DNA of 64,000 nt, from the NCBI GenBank assembly GCA_045863395.1, contig BTVJ01000006.1:133186-197185 (forward strand), written 5' to 3'. The notes under the pieces were generated by a model. It ran no database searches. It was given only the letters and a program-made list of their open reading frames with translations, and was not told the DNA's origin. Both the position numbers and the translations under genes were made by a program. This document shows positions 7,767 to 18,933 of this stretch, one piece after another (positions within the stretch are counted from its first letter, which is position 1; the number at the start of each line of letters is the position of its first letter). The DNA is from Myxococcales bacterium. Its GTDB lineage: Bacteria > Myxococcota_A > UBA9042 > JABWCM01 > BTVJ01.

Positions 7767-10700
7767 CTACTTGCAGGCCGTGACCAGGTCGCAGGTCTTC
7801 CCGCTGCACTTGATGGGGCGCCCGACGCACTGGCCAGACCAGCAGCGGTCGTTGGACGTGCAGGCGTTGCCGTCGTCGCAGGCGCCGCTCACCGGCCTGC
7901 TCAGGCAGCCCATGGCGGCGTCGCACCAGTTCTTGGTGCAGGGGTTGCCGTCGTCGCACTGGGCGTTGCTCACGCACAGGGGTGCAGGCGCGCAGGCCGC
8001 GCTCGCCGTATGGGTGCACCCGCCGGCGACGCACGCGTCCACGGTGCAGGGGTCTCCGTCATCGCAAGAGAGCGCCGCGCCCTTGCAGACCCCGCCGGCA
8101 CACGCATCCGCCGCGGTGCAGGCGTCCCCGTCGTCGCAGGCCGCGGAGTTGGCCGTGAAGACGCAGCCCTTGGCCGGGTCGCAGGAGTCGGTCGTGCAGG
8201 GGTTGCCGTCGTTGCAGGCCAGGGGGTTTCCGCCGCAGGACCCGGCGTCGCAGGTGTCTGCCACGGTGCAGGCGTCGCCGTCATTGCACAGGGCGCCGTT
8301 GTCGGTGTGGACGCAGCCCTTGGCGGGGTCGCAGGCGTCGGTGGTGCAGGGGTTGCCGTCGTCGCAGGCCGCTGCGCCGCCGCAGGCGACCGATGGCGGG
8401 GGCAGGGGAGCGTCCGTCTCGCTCAGCAGGTGGAAGGTGACGGTGGTCAGCGCCTGCTCCAGCACGGTGAACTCGGTCATCATCGGCAGCTCGAAGGCGT
8501 CGTTGAAGCGGCGCAGGACGGGCAGCGGGTCCACCGTGGTCCAGGTCCACGGGTAGTTGTTGGCGTCTGCCTGGGTCGCCGACTGGTATGGGTTGCCCTT
8601 GGACTGGTTGTGGTGCACGCCGAACAGGGGCAGGCCCGGCACCGGCTCGACGACGCCGTCGTACTCCGACTCCATGTCCAGCGGGTTCATGGGGTAGCGG
8701 GCGCCGACGCCGGTGATGAACGACAGGGACAGGGGGTTGCTGCCGAGCTGCGCGTCGGCGTTGATGACGGCCAGGTCCCGGTATGCCTCGTTGCCGGTCA
8801 GCACATACGCCTGGAGCAGCGGGAAGGACGCCTTCGGGCCCATGGTGAACACGCCCCAGCCGATCCACTCGGGCACGTCGAGGCGGCTCCCGTTCATGTA
8901 GGGGTTCGACAGCGTGTAGTTCACGATGGCGTCTGCCTGGCTGATCAGCGCGGCCTTGATGGAGCTCGTGATGGACGCCGTCGTCGTGAAGGCGGTCCGC
9001 AGATAGGCCCAGTAGGCTCGCTTGTAGTGGTGCTGCCAGTCATTCCAGCCCCACTGGCTGCCGTTCGCCTGCCAGAGGGTCTCGAAGGCGGTCCGGTAGA
9101 CCTGCTCGCCCGTCGTGCGATACAGCTCCGCGGCGGCCCACATACGGTTGTCCACGTCGTCCGACTCCGTGTACTCGCCGGTGCAGTTTCCAGGCGGGTT
9201 GACGGCGCCGCCCGCCGGGGTCGGGTTGGGGTAGGCCTGCAGGAAGGTCCACGCCTTCTTGGCCGCCGCCAGGTACTTGGCTGCCTGAACCGGGTCGTGT
9301 GTCTTGTAGACGCGCGCCGCCGCCGCCATCACGGCTGCGCCCGTGGCCGTGTCGTAGGTGGTCGACTCGTAGATGTAGCGCTGGACCTTCTCGGCCTCGG
9401 GCATGCCGTTGAACCAGCAGGCCGCGGTCACCTTGTGGGGGAACGCGCCGTCGCTGCGCATGATCTTGAGCATCCAGTCGATCTGGTAGCGCGCCTCGTC
9501 CAGCACGTCGGGGACGCCGTTTCCGCTCTCCGGGATGTTCCACGCGCCGTCCACGAACTTCGACGGGTTCAGCTCGTAGCCCTCCAGGAGATACCAGACC
9601 GCCGCCACGCCCGTCGGCATGTACTTGCCGAAGTCTCCCGCGTCGTGCCACCCGCCCGACGCGTCGATCTTCGTCCCGACCTTCTCACCGCCGTAGAGCG
9701 GAGTGTTGGGGAGAGACACGTCATAGGCCGCGTCATGGGTGGGGCTGTGGCAGAGTCCGCGCTCGTAGCCATCGTCCACGTGGGGCGCCACCAGCGCCGT
9801 GCCGCACCGCTGGTAGTAGAACGAGCGGCCGGTGGTGTAGGCGACCGAGTCGAGCACGTCCGCCCCGATACGGAAGGGGTCGGAGACGCCGATCCCCGGC
9901 ACATAGGCGCGGTAGGTGCCCGGCTTCGAGAACGCGGTGAAGTCGAAGAGGTAGACGTCCTCGCCCGAGAGGCCCCAGTTGGCCGCGCGAAGCTCCAGGG
10001 GGGCCGTGAAGACCGTGACGCCCGAGTCCGCGTCGAAGAGCGTGACCGCGGGAGCAGGCTCCGGCAGGCGCAGCGCCCCGTAGGGGAGGGCGGCCACGGC
10101 GTTCATCGTGGTCGCCGGCTTGCTTGCCCACGGCCCCGCGAGCGTGTCCAGGGTCTGACCCACGCCCACCGCGAAGAGCCGCCGATTGTCGAGCCGCGAG
10201 ATGGCGTGGATCGCCGCGGTCGTCGGGCTCGCCTCAGCCACGAACGGGTCGTTCCCGAACTTGGGGCGCTTCCAGAGGATGCCGCCGTCGCCCGACACCC
10301 AGACGCCACCCATGGAGTCCCAGGCGATGCCGCGCAGGGTCGCGGTGCTCGCCGGGCGCCCGGTCCAGGTCTTCCAGCTCCCCCACTGGAACGCGATGAC
10401 GGTCCCGCCCGCACCCACCGCCCAGAGGCTCTCCTCGTGGGGCCCGTCGATGGCCAGCAGGTCCGACGTGGTGGGGGAGGACACCGCGGTCCACTTGCCG
10501 CCGCTCCACCGCAGGAGCGTGCCACCGTCGCCGACCGCCCACGCGCCGTCGTCTGCGCCCGCCCAGACCGCCCGCAGGGTCTTGGTCGTGGGCGTCGTGG
10601 TCTTGGTCCAGGTTCCGCCCACGTACCGCAGCGCCGTGCCGCCCGCGCCGACGGCCCACCCGATGCGCGACGGGCCGAACGCCACGCCGTAGAGGTGGGA

Positions 10701-11909
10701 CGTGGTCTGGGACGGGGCGAGGCTCCACGAGGAGCCGTTCCACACCAGGACCGTGCCGTCGTCGCCGACCGCCAGGGCCAGGTGCTCGCTGGTGGCGGCC
10801 ACGGAGTTGAGGCGCTTCGCGGTGGGGCTCGTGACGGGCTTCCAGCCGGCGTCCTTGTCCCAGGACGAGATCGCGCCACCGTCGCCCACGGACCACACCG
10901 CGCCGCCGGTGTCTCCCAGATACCCGGCCACGTAGCCCAGCTTCGGGCGGTTCGGCAGATAGCCGACCTGGTTCACCTTGATGACGGGGCTGGTGGTGGT
11001 CATGTCGTCCCAGGTGAAGGACAGGGTGGTCGGCTCGCAGGGGTTTCCGACCGTGTCCTTGATGCCCTTGACAGCCACGGAGTAGGTGTGGCCGGCCTTG
11101 AGCGGCGACGGAGGGCGGACGAAGACCATGTGGTCGTTGACGGGCTCGTCGCCCGGTCCGAAGTCCTTGAAGCGGATCTGGACGCCGGCCGCCAGCGGGG
11201 CCTTTCCACCCAGATAGGCAGGGTCCGTGGTGCTCGTGATGGTGTAGTTGGACTTGTCGCGCGCCGTCTTCAGATCGAAGGACTCGCTCACCTCGACGCG
11301 GATCATGGACTCCGACACCGGCCCGGCGCCCACGATGGCGGGCCCGTAGATGTCTCGTGCCGCCACGTCGTCCACGTACCAGGTGCGGTTCTGGGCGTCC
11401 TTGCCCCACACCAGGCGCTCCACGTTGCCGAGCTTCCACTCGGGGGTCGCGAGGGCCGCGATGGGGATGCGGACCAGCCTCCACGCCGTATCCAGCTTGC
11501 CGCCCTCGATGTAGTCCGAGACCTTGACCTCCTTGCCCAGGAAGTTCCAGGTGCGGACGTAGAACGTGGGGGCGCCGGCGTCGGCGGTCGCGGCGCGCAT
11601 CTTGAACTCGAGCACGTCGTAGGAGCTCAGGTCGCGGCGGGGCTGCCCCCCGCAGTAGAGGTTGTAGGCGGGGTTGTGCCAGGCGTCGGGCTTGAGCTGG
11701 AGCGCGTTGCCGCCGCCGACCCCGGCCCCAAGCGCCTGGACGGCGTACTCGGGGCAGGCGGTCCCGAGCACCGGGACGGAGCCGGTCTCGCCGTCGTAGA
11801 GGACGGTGTCACCCGCGGCGAGCGCTACGGTGGGCAGCGAGAGAGTGACCAGCGCGCCGAGCGCGGCGATCACACGGGTGCCCCAGGATGCAAGTCCACG
11901 TCGTGCCAT
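7767..11909 (-). CDS. Secreted modular glycoside hydrolase family 9 (CBM-like + Ig + inserted beta-propeller + GH9 catalytic + Cys-rich repeats)
   Basis: Signal peptide; VNQVGY and DFT..PGTY..SDPFRIG (CelD_N-type Ig); FYYQRCG, GGWHDAGDFGKY, WAAAELYRTTGE, LGSNP..SFITGVG; C-terminal D...E (TEFTV). Confidence 0.88.
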   Translation of the reverse strand: MARRGLASWGTRVIAALGALVTLSLPTVALAAGDTVLYDGETGSVPVLGTACPEYAVQALGAGVGGGNALQLKPDAWHNPAYNLYCGGQPRRDLSSYDVLEFKMRAATADAGAPTFYVRTWNFLGKEVKVSDYIEGGKLDTAWRLVRIPIAALATPEWKLGNVERLVWGKDAQNRTWYVDDVAARDIYGPAIVGAGPVSESMIRVEVSESFDLKTARDKSNYTITSTTDPAYLGGKAPLAAGVQIRFKDFGPGDEPVNDHMVFVRPPSPLKAGHTYSVAVKGIKDTVGNPCEPTTLSFTWDDMTTTSPVIKVNQVGYLPNRPKLGYVAGYLGDTGGAVWSVGDGGAISSWDKDAGWKPVTSPTAKRLNSVAATSEHLALAVGDDGTVLVWNGSSWSLAPSQTTSHLYGVAFGPSRIGWAVGAGGTALRYVGGTWTKTTTPTTKTLRAVWAGADDGAWAVGDGGTLLRWSGGKWTAVSSPTTSDLLAIDGPHEESLWAVGAGGTVIAFQWGSWKTWTGRPASTATLRGIAWDSMGGVWVSGDGGILWKRPKFGNDPFVAEASPTTAAIHAISRLDNRRLFAVGVGQTLDTLAGPWASKPATTMNAVAALPYGALRLPEPAPAVTLFDADSGVTVFTAPLELRAANWGLSGEDVYLFDFTAFSKPGTYRAYVPGIGVSDPFRIGADVLDSVAYTTGRSFYYQRCGTALVAPHVDDGYERGLCHSPTHDAAYDVSLPNTPLYGGEKVGTKIDASGGWHDAGDFGKYMPTGVAAVWYLLEGYELNPSKFVDGAWNIPESGNGVPDVLDEARYQIDWMLKIMRSDGAFPHKVTAACWFNGMPEAEKVQRYIYESTTYDTATGAAVMAAAARVYKTHDPVQAAKYLAAAKKAWTFLQAYPNPTPAGGAVNPPGNCTGEYTESDDVDNRMWAAAELYRTTGEQVYRTAFETLWQANGSQWGWNDWQHHYKRAYWAYLRTAFTTTASITSSIKAALISQADAIVNYTLSNPYMNGSRLDVPEWIGWGVFTMGPKASFPLLQAYVLTGNEAYRDLAVINADAQLGSNPLSLSFITGVGARYPMNPLDMESEYDGVVEPVPGLPLFGVHHNQSKGNPYQSATQADANNYPWTWTTVDPLPVLRRFNDAFELPMMTEFTVLEQALTTVTFHLLSETDAPLPPPSVACGGAAACDDGNPCTTDACDPAKGCVHTDNGALCNDGDACTVADTCDAGSCGGNPLACNDGNPCTTDSCDPAKGCVFTANSAACDDGDACTAADACAGGVCKGAALSCDDGDPCTVDACVAGGCTHTASAACAPAPLCVSNAQCDDGNPCTKNWCDAAMGCLSRPVSGACDDGNACTSNDRCWSGQCVGRPIKCSGKTCDLVTACK
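7770..8385 (-). repeat. Seven Cys-rich C[DN]DG[ND][PA]CT repeats at the GH9 C-terminus
   Basis: CDDGNPCTTDAC, CNDGDACTVADTC, CNDGNPCTTDSC, CDDGDACTAADAC, CDDGDPCTVDAC, CDDGNPCTKNWC, CDDGNACTSNDRC. Confidence 0.85.
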
Positions 11910-12032
11910 ATGCAGTGTCTCCGTAGGTCTGGTGAGAGAGCCCGGGACTCCGGGCGTGCACACGGGGAGGTGACGGGAGGCAGGGGCGGTTCTGTCGGGG
12001 CGTGGGTTACAAAGGGGGGCGGGCCACTGGGG

Positions 12033-13127
12033 TCACAGCCACCGCTTCCGCCGGAACCACGCGAGCATCGCCAGCGCCAGTGCGCCCATGCCGAGCATCA
12101 CGGCGGGGTAACCGTAAGCCCACTCGGTCTCAGGCATGTTCCAAGGTGACACCTTGGAGTCGAAGTTCATGCCGTAGACCCCCGCCACGAAGGTCAGCGG
12201 GATGAAGATGGTCGCGATGACCGTGAGCACCCGCATGACGTCGTTCATACGGTTGCTGGTCATGGACATGTGGGTCTCCATGAGGCTCGTCCCCAGGTCT
12301 CGGTAGGTCTCCACCAGGTCCATGATTTGGACGCAGTGGTCGTGGCAGTCCCGCAGGTAGACGGCCGTGTCGGGGTGAAAGGCAGTGGCGGACTCCCGGA
12401 GCAGGGCTGCCACCGCGTCCCGCAGCGGGTAGACGGCGCGGCGCATGAGCCGCAGGTCCTGCTTCACCTCGTGGATCCGCTGGATCATCTCTGGGTCGTG
12501 GCCGCTCAGGAGCTCCTCCTCCAGGGCGTCGAGCCTGTCGCCGTAGCGCTCCAGCACGGGGAACCAGGCGTCGATCAGCGCGTCGAGGAGCATGTAGGCG
12601 AGCCAGTCGGCCCCGGACGTGCGCGCGCGCCCCTTGCCGTGGCGGATCCGGTCCCGCACGGCGTCGAACACGTCGCCGGGCAGCTCCTGGAAGGTCAGCA
12701 CGAAGCCGGGGCCCAGGAACATGCTCCACTGCTCGCTCTCGAGCCGCTCGCCCACCAGCTCGATCATGCGCGCCACGATGAAGAGGCGGTCGGCGTAGGG
12801 CTCCACCTTGGCCCGCTGGTGCACGTGGACCACATCCTCCAGGGCGAGGTGGTGGAGGCCGAAGATCTCGCCGACCTGCTGAATCACCGCGGCGTCCCCG
12901 AGGCCAGCCACGTCCAGCCAGACGACCGGCACCTTGCCGAGCCAGGTGCGCACCTCCGCGGGGCTCTTCAGCGAGCGCTCCTCCACGGTGTCGGGACCGA
13001 AGGCGAGCAGGCTCAGGACGGGCCGCGGCGCCTCGGGGTCGATGACCAGCGTCCCCGGCGGGCTGCCCGGTGGGGTGGGGTGCCTGTCCTGCTTGCGCTT
13101 GCGCCTGACGGGGGCCTTTCGGACCAT
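12033..13127 (-). CDS. corA: Magnesium/cobalt transporter CorA
   Basis: PGSPPGTL N-terminus, LHHLALED, QRAKVE, MNDVMRVLTVIATIFIPLTFVAGVYGMNF (GMN signature), MPE; RBS GAGGAGG before ATG 13127. Confidence 0.95.
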   Translation of the reverse strand: MVRKAPVRRKRKQDRHPTPPGSPPGTLVIDPEAPRPVLSLLAFGPDTVEERSLKSPAEVRTWLGKVPVVWLDVAGLGDAAVIQQVGEIFGLHHLALEDVVHVHQRAKVEPYADRLFIVARMIELVGERLESEQWSMFLGPGFVLTFQELPGDVFDAVRDRIRHGKGRARTSGADWLAYMLLDALIDAWFPVLERYGDRLDALEEELLSGHDPEMIQRIHEVKQDLRLMRRAVYPLRDAVAALLRESATAFHPDTAVYLRDCHDHCVQIMDLVETYRDLGTSLMETHMSMTSNRMNDVMRVLTVIATIFIPLTFVAGVYGMNFDSKVSPWNMPETEWAYGYPAVMLGMGALALAMLAWFRRKRWL

Positions 13128-13198
13128 CGCTCGCCTCCTCAAGTCGTGGCCCCGCAAGGGTCGCACGGATCCCCGTCACCGGCAACGACCGGAGCCCG

Positions 13199-13254
13199 TT
13201 GACTCACCGCGTCAAGCATGTTACGGAGGCCGACTGAGAGTGAATGGCCATTCA
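13199..13254 (+). promoter_or_regulatory. Putative fadN promoter/operator: TTGAC-N7-GTCAA inverted repeat over a -35-like TTGACT, and the perfect 14-bp palindrome TGAATGGCCATTCA
   Basis: ttgactcaccgcgtcaa at 13199-13215; tgaatggccattca at 13241-13254, just upstream of RBS GGAGGA, in the corA/fadN divergent gap. Confidence 0.55.
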
Positions 13255-13271
13255 TTTCGGCGGAGGAAGAC

Positions 13272-15665
13272 ATGGCAGAGGCAATCCGGAAGGTGGCGGT
13301 CCTCGGGGCCGGCGTGATGGGGAGCGGCATCGCCGCACACCTCGCGAGCGTCGGCATCCCTGTGATCATGCTCGACATCGTCCCGCGGGAGCTCACCCCC
13401 GACGAGCAGGCGAAGGGGCTGACGCTGGCGTCGCCCGCCGTGCGCAACCGCTTTGCCCTCGGCGGCGTCCAGGCGGCCCTCAAGGCGAAGCCCGCGGCCT
13501 TCAGCTCCCCGAAGTTCGCGCGGCTCATCACGGCGGGCAACCTGGAGGACGACCTGCACCGGGTCGCCGAGGTGGACTGGATCGTCGAGGTGGTCAAAGA
13601 GGACCTGGCCGTCAAGCGCGCCCTGTTCGAGAAGGTGCGCGCCCACCGGCGTGAAGGGACGCCCATCACGTCCAACACGTCCGGGATCCCCATCGCCGCC
13701 ATGGTGGAGGGCGCCCCGGAGGAGTTCCGCAAGTGCTTCTTCGTGACGCACTTCTTCAACCCCGTGCGCTACATGAAGCTCCTGGAGCTGGTCACCGGCG
13801 TGGACACGGACCCCGGCGTGGTCGCCCGCTTCGCCCGCTTTGGCGAGCGCGTGCTGGGCAAGGGCATCGTCTACGGCAAGGACACGCCGAACTTCGTCGG
13901 CAACCGCATCGGCATCTTCGGCATGCTGGCGACCATCGAGACCATGCTCGCGGACGGCTACGCGGTGGACGAGGTGGACGCCATCGTCGGGCCGCCCATG
14001 GGCCGCCCGAAGAGCGCCGCCTTCCGCACGGCGGACCTGGTCGGCCTCGACACCTTCGTTCACGTCGCCAACAACGTCTACGAGGCGCTGCCCACGGACG
14101 AGGAGCGCGCCACCTTCAAGCCGCCGGCCTTCGTCGAAAAGATGATCGCCAAGGGGTGGCTCGGCGACAAGAAGGGCCAGGGCTTCTACAAGAAAGAGAA
14201 GAGCGCCGCGGGCAAGACCATCCTGGTGCTGGACCCGGCCACCCTGGAGTACCGCCCGTCCCAGAAGATCGACATCCCGTCCATCAAGAAGTCCAAGGGC
14301 ATCGAGGACGTGGGCAAGCGCCTGAAGATGATCGTCAACGCCGATGACCGGGCGGGCAAGTTCGCGTGGAAGGTGCTCTCGCGGTCGCTGGTCTACTCCG
14401 CCAACCGCCTGCCCGAGATCGCGGACGACGTCGTGAACATCGACCGCGCCATGCGCTGGGGCTTCGCCTGGGACCAGGGCCCCTTCGAGGCGTGGGACGC
14501 CATCGGCGTGGCCGAGTCCGTCGCGCGCATGGAGGCGGACGGCCTGACGGTGCCCGCGTTCGCGAAGCTGGCGGCCGAGAAGGGCGGATTCTACAAGAGC
14601 GAGGCCGGGGAGCGCTTCTTCCTGACCCTGGCGGGGGAGTGGGCGCCCGTGCCAAAGGCCCCCGAGGCAATCGTCCTCGCCGACCGCAAGGCCAAGGTGG
14701 GCGTCGTCAAGAAGAACGGCGGCGCGAGCTTCATCGATCTCGGCGAGGGCGTCGCCTGCCTCGAGTTCCACACCAAGATGAACGCCATCGATGGGGACAT
14801 CGGGAACATGATGGCCTTCGCCATCGAGGAGGCGGAGCGCAACTGGAAGGGCGTCGTCATCGGCAACGACGGCGGAAACTTCTCGGCGGGCGCCAACCTG
14901 ATGCTGCTCGTGATGCTCGCCCAGCAGAAGAAGTGGGACGACATCCGCACCATGGTGACCGGCTTCCAGAAGGCTTGCCTCCAGCTCGCGCGGTGCAACG
15001 TGCCGGTGGTGTCGGCCCCCTTCGGCCTGACGCTGGGCGGCGGCGCCGAGGTGACCATGGCGGCGGACCGGGTGCAGGCCGCGGCGGAGACCTACATGGG
15101 CCTCGTCGAGGTGGGCGCCGGCCTGATCCCCGGCGGCGGAGGCACGCGCATGATGCTCCAGCGCATGCTGGAGGGCATCCCAGACGGCACCGAGGTCGGG
15201 AGCTTCCCGTTCGTGCGCAAGGCCTTCGAGATCATCGGCATGGCGAAGGTCGCCACCAGCGCCGCCGAGGCGAAGGACATCGGCTACCTGCGGGCCGGCG
15301 ACGGCATCACCCAGAACCGGGAGCACCTGCTCTTCGACGCGCGGACGGCCGTGCTGCGCATGGCCGACAACTACCGGCCCGCGCTGCCGTTCCAGTACAA
15401 GCTGCCCGGCGAGAGCGCGTTCGCGGCCCTGAAGCTCGGCCTGTTCCAGTGGGTGCAGTCGGGCGTGATCAGCGCCCACGACGCGCTGATCGGCGAGAAG
15501 CTGGCCTACGTGTTGACCGGGGGGGCGGCGACCCCGACCCAGCCGGTCAGCGACGAGTACCTCCTGGAGCTGGAGGCCGAGGCCTTCCTCTCGCTGTGCG
15601 GCGAGGAGAAGAGCCAGGCGAGGATGCAGGCGCTGCTCACGACGGGCAAGCCGCTGCGGAACTGA
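13272..15665 (+). CDS. fadN: 3-hydroxyacyl-CoA dehydrogenase/enoyl-CoA hydratase (FadN-type)
   Basis: [81 protein letters not shown] end. Confidence 0.93.
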   Translation: MAEAIRKVAVLGAGVMGSGIAAHLASVGIPVIMLDIVPRELTPDEQAKGLTLASPAVRNRFALGGVQAALKAKPAAFSSPKFARLITAGNLEDDLHRVAEVDWIVEVVKEDLAVKRALFEKVRAHRREGTPITSNTSGIPIAAMVEGAPEEFRKCFFVTHFFNPVRYMKLLELVTGVDTDPGVVARFARFGERVLGKGIVYGKDTPNFVGNRIGIFGMLATIETMLADGYAVDEVDAIVGPPMGRPKSAAFRTADLVGLDTFVHVANNVYEALPTDEERATFKPPAFVEKMIAKGWLGDKKGQGFYKKEKSAAGKTILVLDPATLEYRPSQKIDIPSIKKSKGIEDVGKRLKMIVNADDRAGKFAWKVLSRSLVYSANRLPEIADDVVNIDRAMRWGFAWDQGPFEAWDAIGVAESVARMEADGLTVPAFAKLAAEKGGFYKSEAGERFFLTLAGEWAPVPKAPEAIVLADRKAKVGVVKKNGGASFIDLGEGVACLEFHTKMNAIDGDIGNMMAFAIEEAERNWKGVVIGNDGGNFSAGANLMLLVMLAQQKKWDDIRTMVTGFQKACLQLARCNVPVVSAPFGLTLGGGAEVTMAADRVQAAAETYMGLVEVGAGLIPGGGGTRMMLQRMLEGIPDGTEVGSFPFVRKAFEIIGMAKVATSAAEAKDIGYLRAGDGITQNREHLLFDARTAVLRMADNYRPALPFQYKLPGESAFAALKLGLFQWVQSGVISAHDALIGEKLAYVLTGGAATPTQPVSDEYLLELEAEAFLSLCGEEKSQARMQALLTTGKPLRN

Positions 15666-15727
15666 TGACCGCGGGGGCCCTCGGCACAGCGCCGGGCGGC
15701 CCCCCGTACCAAATCAGGAGACGAACC

Positions 15728-16903
<1,176 letters not shown>

Positions 16904-16932
16904 GGCGTCAGGCCGCGCGGGCGGCGCCCACT

Positions 16933-17042
16933 TTTGCGTCGCCGTGCCTCCGTGTGGTAGCAATTCGCGCCGCTACCGCACGGAGGAGCCATGTTCGAGA
17001 TCCTGACCCGCATGCTCAAGCCCGGGATCCACGTCCGCAGCG
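16933..17042 (+). repeat. 110-bp direct repeat, copy 1 (hairpin + RBS + first 17 codons of orfX)
   Basis: Matches 18934-19043 (offset 2001) with 4 mismatches by eye. Confidence 0.92.
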
Positions 17043-17310
17043 CCTCGTCACCCGCGGAGCATGTGGCCCGAGATTGGAGGCATTCGTGTGGATCCACGCC
17101 ATTCCAGGGTAGCGTACCACGCGGGGGTTGATCCTGGGCACCCACCCGAAATGAGCTGGCCGCGCGAGGCGATGTCACCAGCCCCCGGAGGGGACCGAAG
17201 CATGGAAGAGATGCGCGACCCCTTCCCCGACAGCCCAATGGCAGAGAGTCGGGGCCATGGGTCGGCGCTGCGCCGGACGGGGCCAAGGGAGGACGAGGGA
17301 CCAGCACCGT
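16991..17310 (+). pseudogene. Degenerate copy of orfX (18992-19492)
   Basis: MFEILTRMLKPGIHVRS vs MFEILTRMLKPEIHVRS, followed by decayed similarity (atccacgccattcc vs gtccacggcatcct; atcctgggcaccc vs gtcctggtcaccc) and an early TAG at 17110-17112; 3' boundary approximate. Confidence 0.65.
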
Positions 17311-17315
17311 CAGAT

Positions 17316-18380
17316 ATGCCAACGGTGAACGAGTCTGTGCGCGAATGCCTTGACCGACACATGAGGGAGCAAGCCAGGCGACCGCTGTTTCTCCATGGAG
17401 AGTGTCGCCGCGTGCTGGCCGAGTTCCCCGCAGAGTTCGTGGACTGTGTGGTCACGTCCCCACCGTATTGGGGACACCGCCAGTATGCGGGTGGCGGCAT
17501 CGGGCAAGAGCCGACTTGCGAGGAGTATGTCGATCATCTGGTCGAGGTGTTCCGGGAGCTTCATCGAGTCCTCAAGCCGGCTGGATCCATTTGGCTGAAT
17601 ATCGGGGACTCCTATCACAAGAAGAACCTACGAGGTGTCCCGTGGCGGGTGGCGCTGGCAGTCTGCGACCGCATCGGCCTCACGCTGCGAAACGACGTGA
17701 TCTGGAACAAGGTGAAGGGTGGCCCTGACAATGCGCTCGACAAGCTGCGCAACGTCCACGAGCATGTATTCCACTTCGTGAAGCAGCCGAGAGGTTATTT
17801 CTACGACGTCGCCGCCATTCGGACGTCTCCCAAGCAGGCGCGGGTGGTCAATGGCGCCGTCGTGTCGGCCACGGGCGTTACCGGAGTGAGGTACGAGCGG
17901 CAGATCGAGCTGTCCACGGAACTGACTGAAACGGAGAAAGACAACGCTCGTGCCCAGCTCCGCTCAATTCTGGAGGACATCCGCCTCGGCAAGCTCGCCG
18001 ATTTTCGAATGGTGATTCGGGGCCAGCAGCGGGCGACCCACTCCGACTCAGAGAAGGTCTCCGGAAGGGCGAAGGAGCTCCAGCACAAGGGTTTCTACTT
18101 CTTGAGGTATCACCCGGACGGAGCCAAGCCGGGAGACGTCTGGGACATCCTTCCCGAAGATACGCAGGGACGGACCGCGCACTTTGCGCCGTTCCCCGCC
18201 GATCTGTGCCGGATCCCGATAAGCGCCACCTGTCCGCCGGACGGCCTCGTTCTTGATCCGTTTTGTGGAACGGGCACGGCGCTGCTCGTGGCGCTCCAGA
18301 TGGGTCGGCGCTCCGTGGGGATCGACCTGTCGGCAGACTACATCGAGTTCGCAGAGAAGCGATGCGCGGTGTTGTTGTGA
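17316..18380 (+). CDS. Orphan site-specific DNA methyltransferase, beta class (SPPY, probably N4-cytosine)
   Basis: VVTSPPYW precedes VLDPFCGTG (beta order); RVLKPAGSIWLNIGD, IWNK, HEHVFHF, PGDVW, HFAPFP; visibly more AT-rich codons than neighbours; start codon uncertain. Confidence 0.88.
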   Translation: MPTVNESVRECLDRHMREQARRPLFLHGECRRVLAEFPAEFVDCVVTSPPYWGHRQYAGGGIGQEPTCEEYVDHLVEVFRELHRVLKPAGSIWLNIGDSYHKKNLRGVPWRVALAVCDRIGLTLRNDVIWNKVKGGPDNALDKLRNVHEHVFHFVKQPRGYFYDVAAIRTSPKQARVVNGAVVSATGVTGVRYERQIELSTELTETEKDNARAQLRSILEDIRLGKLADFRMVIRGQQRATHSDSEKVSGRAKELQHKGFYFLRYHPDGAKPGDVWDILPEDTQGRTAHFAPFPADLCRIPISATCPPDGLVLDPFCGTGTALLVALQMGRRSVGIDLSADYIEFAEKRCAVLL

Positions 18381-18487
18381 CAAGAGCGGTGGATCGTTTC
18401 AATGGGTGCTGATGGTCGATGCCCGGAACTTGACTGCCCACCTGCCCGCCATGGCCGCGGCAATCGAGGAGAGGGTCCACGATTGAT

Positions 18488-18910
18488 GCAGTCATCGCCA
18501 GGCGGTCCGCACCGCGGTCGGGCGCGCATACACAGGGCGGTGCGCCGCGGGCTGTCGGACGATCTGCCGGCGCACGACCCTCATGGAGCGTTCAGCCGCG
18601 CCGAGGCATTCGACCCGGCGTGTATCGTCGGCGTCCGCCTCGGCATGGCCGACTGCATGGGGTGGACGGACCTCATGGGCGATCACGACGAGACGCCGCG
18701 GAGCGACACGAGGCTGGTGAGGCTTGCGAAGATTGCGCCGGCCTTCGACGCCGGGGCCGCGGTGACGCTGGGTAACAGCTCGCCGCTCGGCGGCGGTGGG
18801 GCGGCGGTCATCGCGAGGCGGGCAGCCTCGCGTTGATGGTGAACCTCGATTCACTCGCCGTGTTCTGCGGCTTCCACGTGGCGGGCGTGAGCCCGGACAT
18901 CCAGGGCAAC
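18488..18910 (+). pseudogene. Degenerate, internally deleted copy of fadA
   Basis: ggcggtccgcaccgcggtcgggcgcgc at 18501-18527 is identical to 15751-15777. Remnant DETPRSDTRL..AFDA..VTLGNSSPLGGGGAAVI matches Fad[32 protein letters not shown]. Frameshifts and stops present. Confidence 0.85.
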
Positions 18911-18933
18911 GTCGGGGTGGCGTGGCGCTCCTC

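Noticed and set aside
17061..17315. N-terminal extension of the methyltransferase
   Set aside because: Overlaps the decayed orfX copy and has no MTase-like sequence
18381..18487. Possible fadN remnant (atggccgcggcaatcgaggag vs atggccttcgccatcgaggag at 14811)
   Set aside because: Match too short to distinguish from chance
18402..18836. 144-aa ORF as a real gene
   Set aside because: Chimeric read-through of fadA remnants lacking thiolase catalytic motifs
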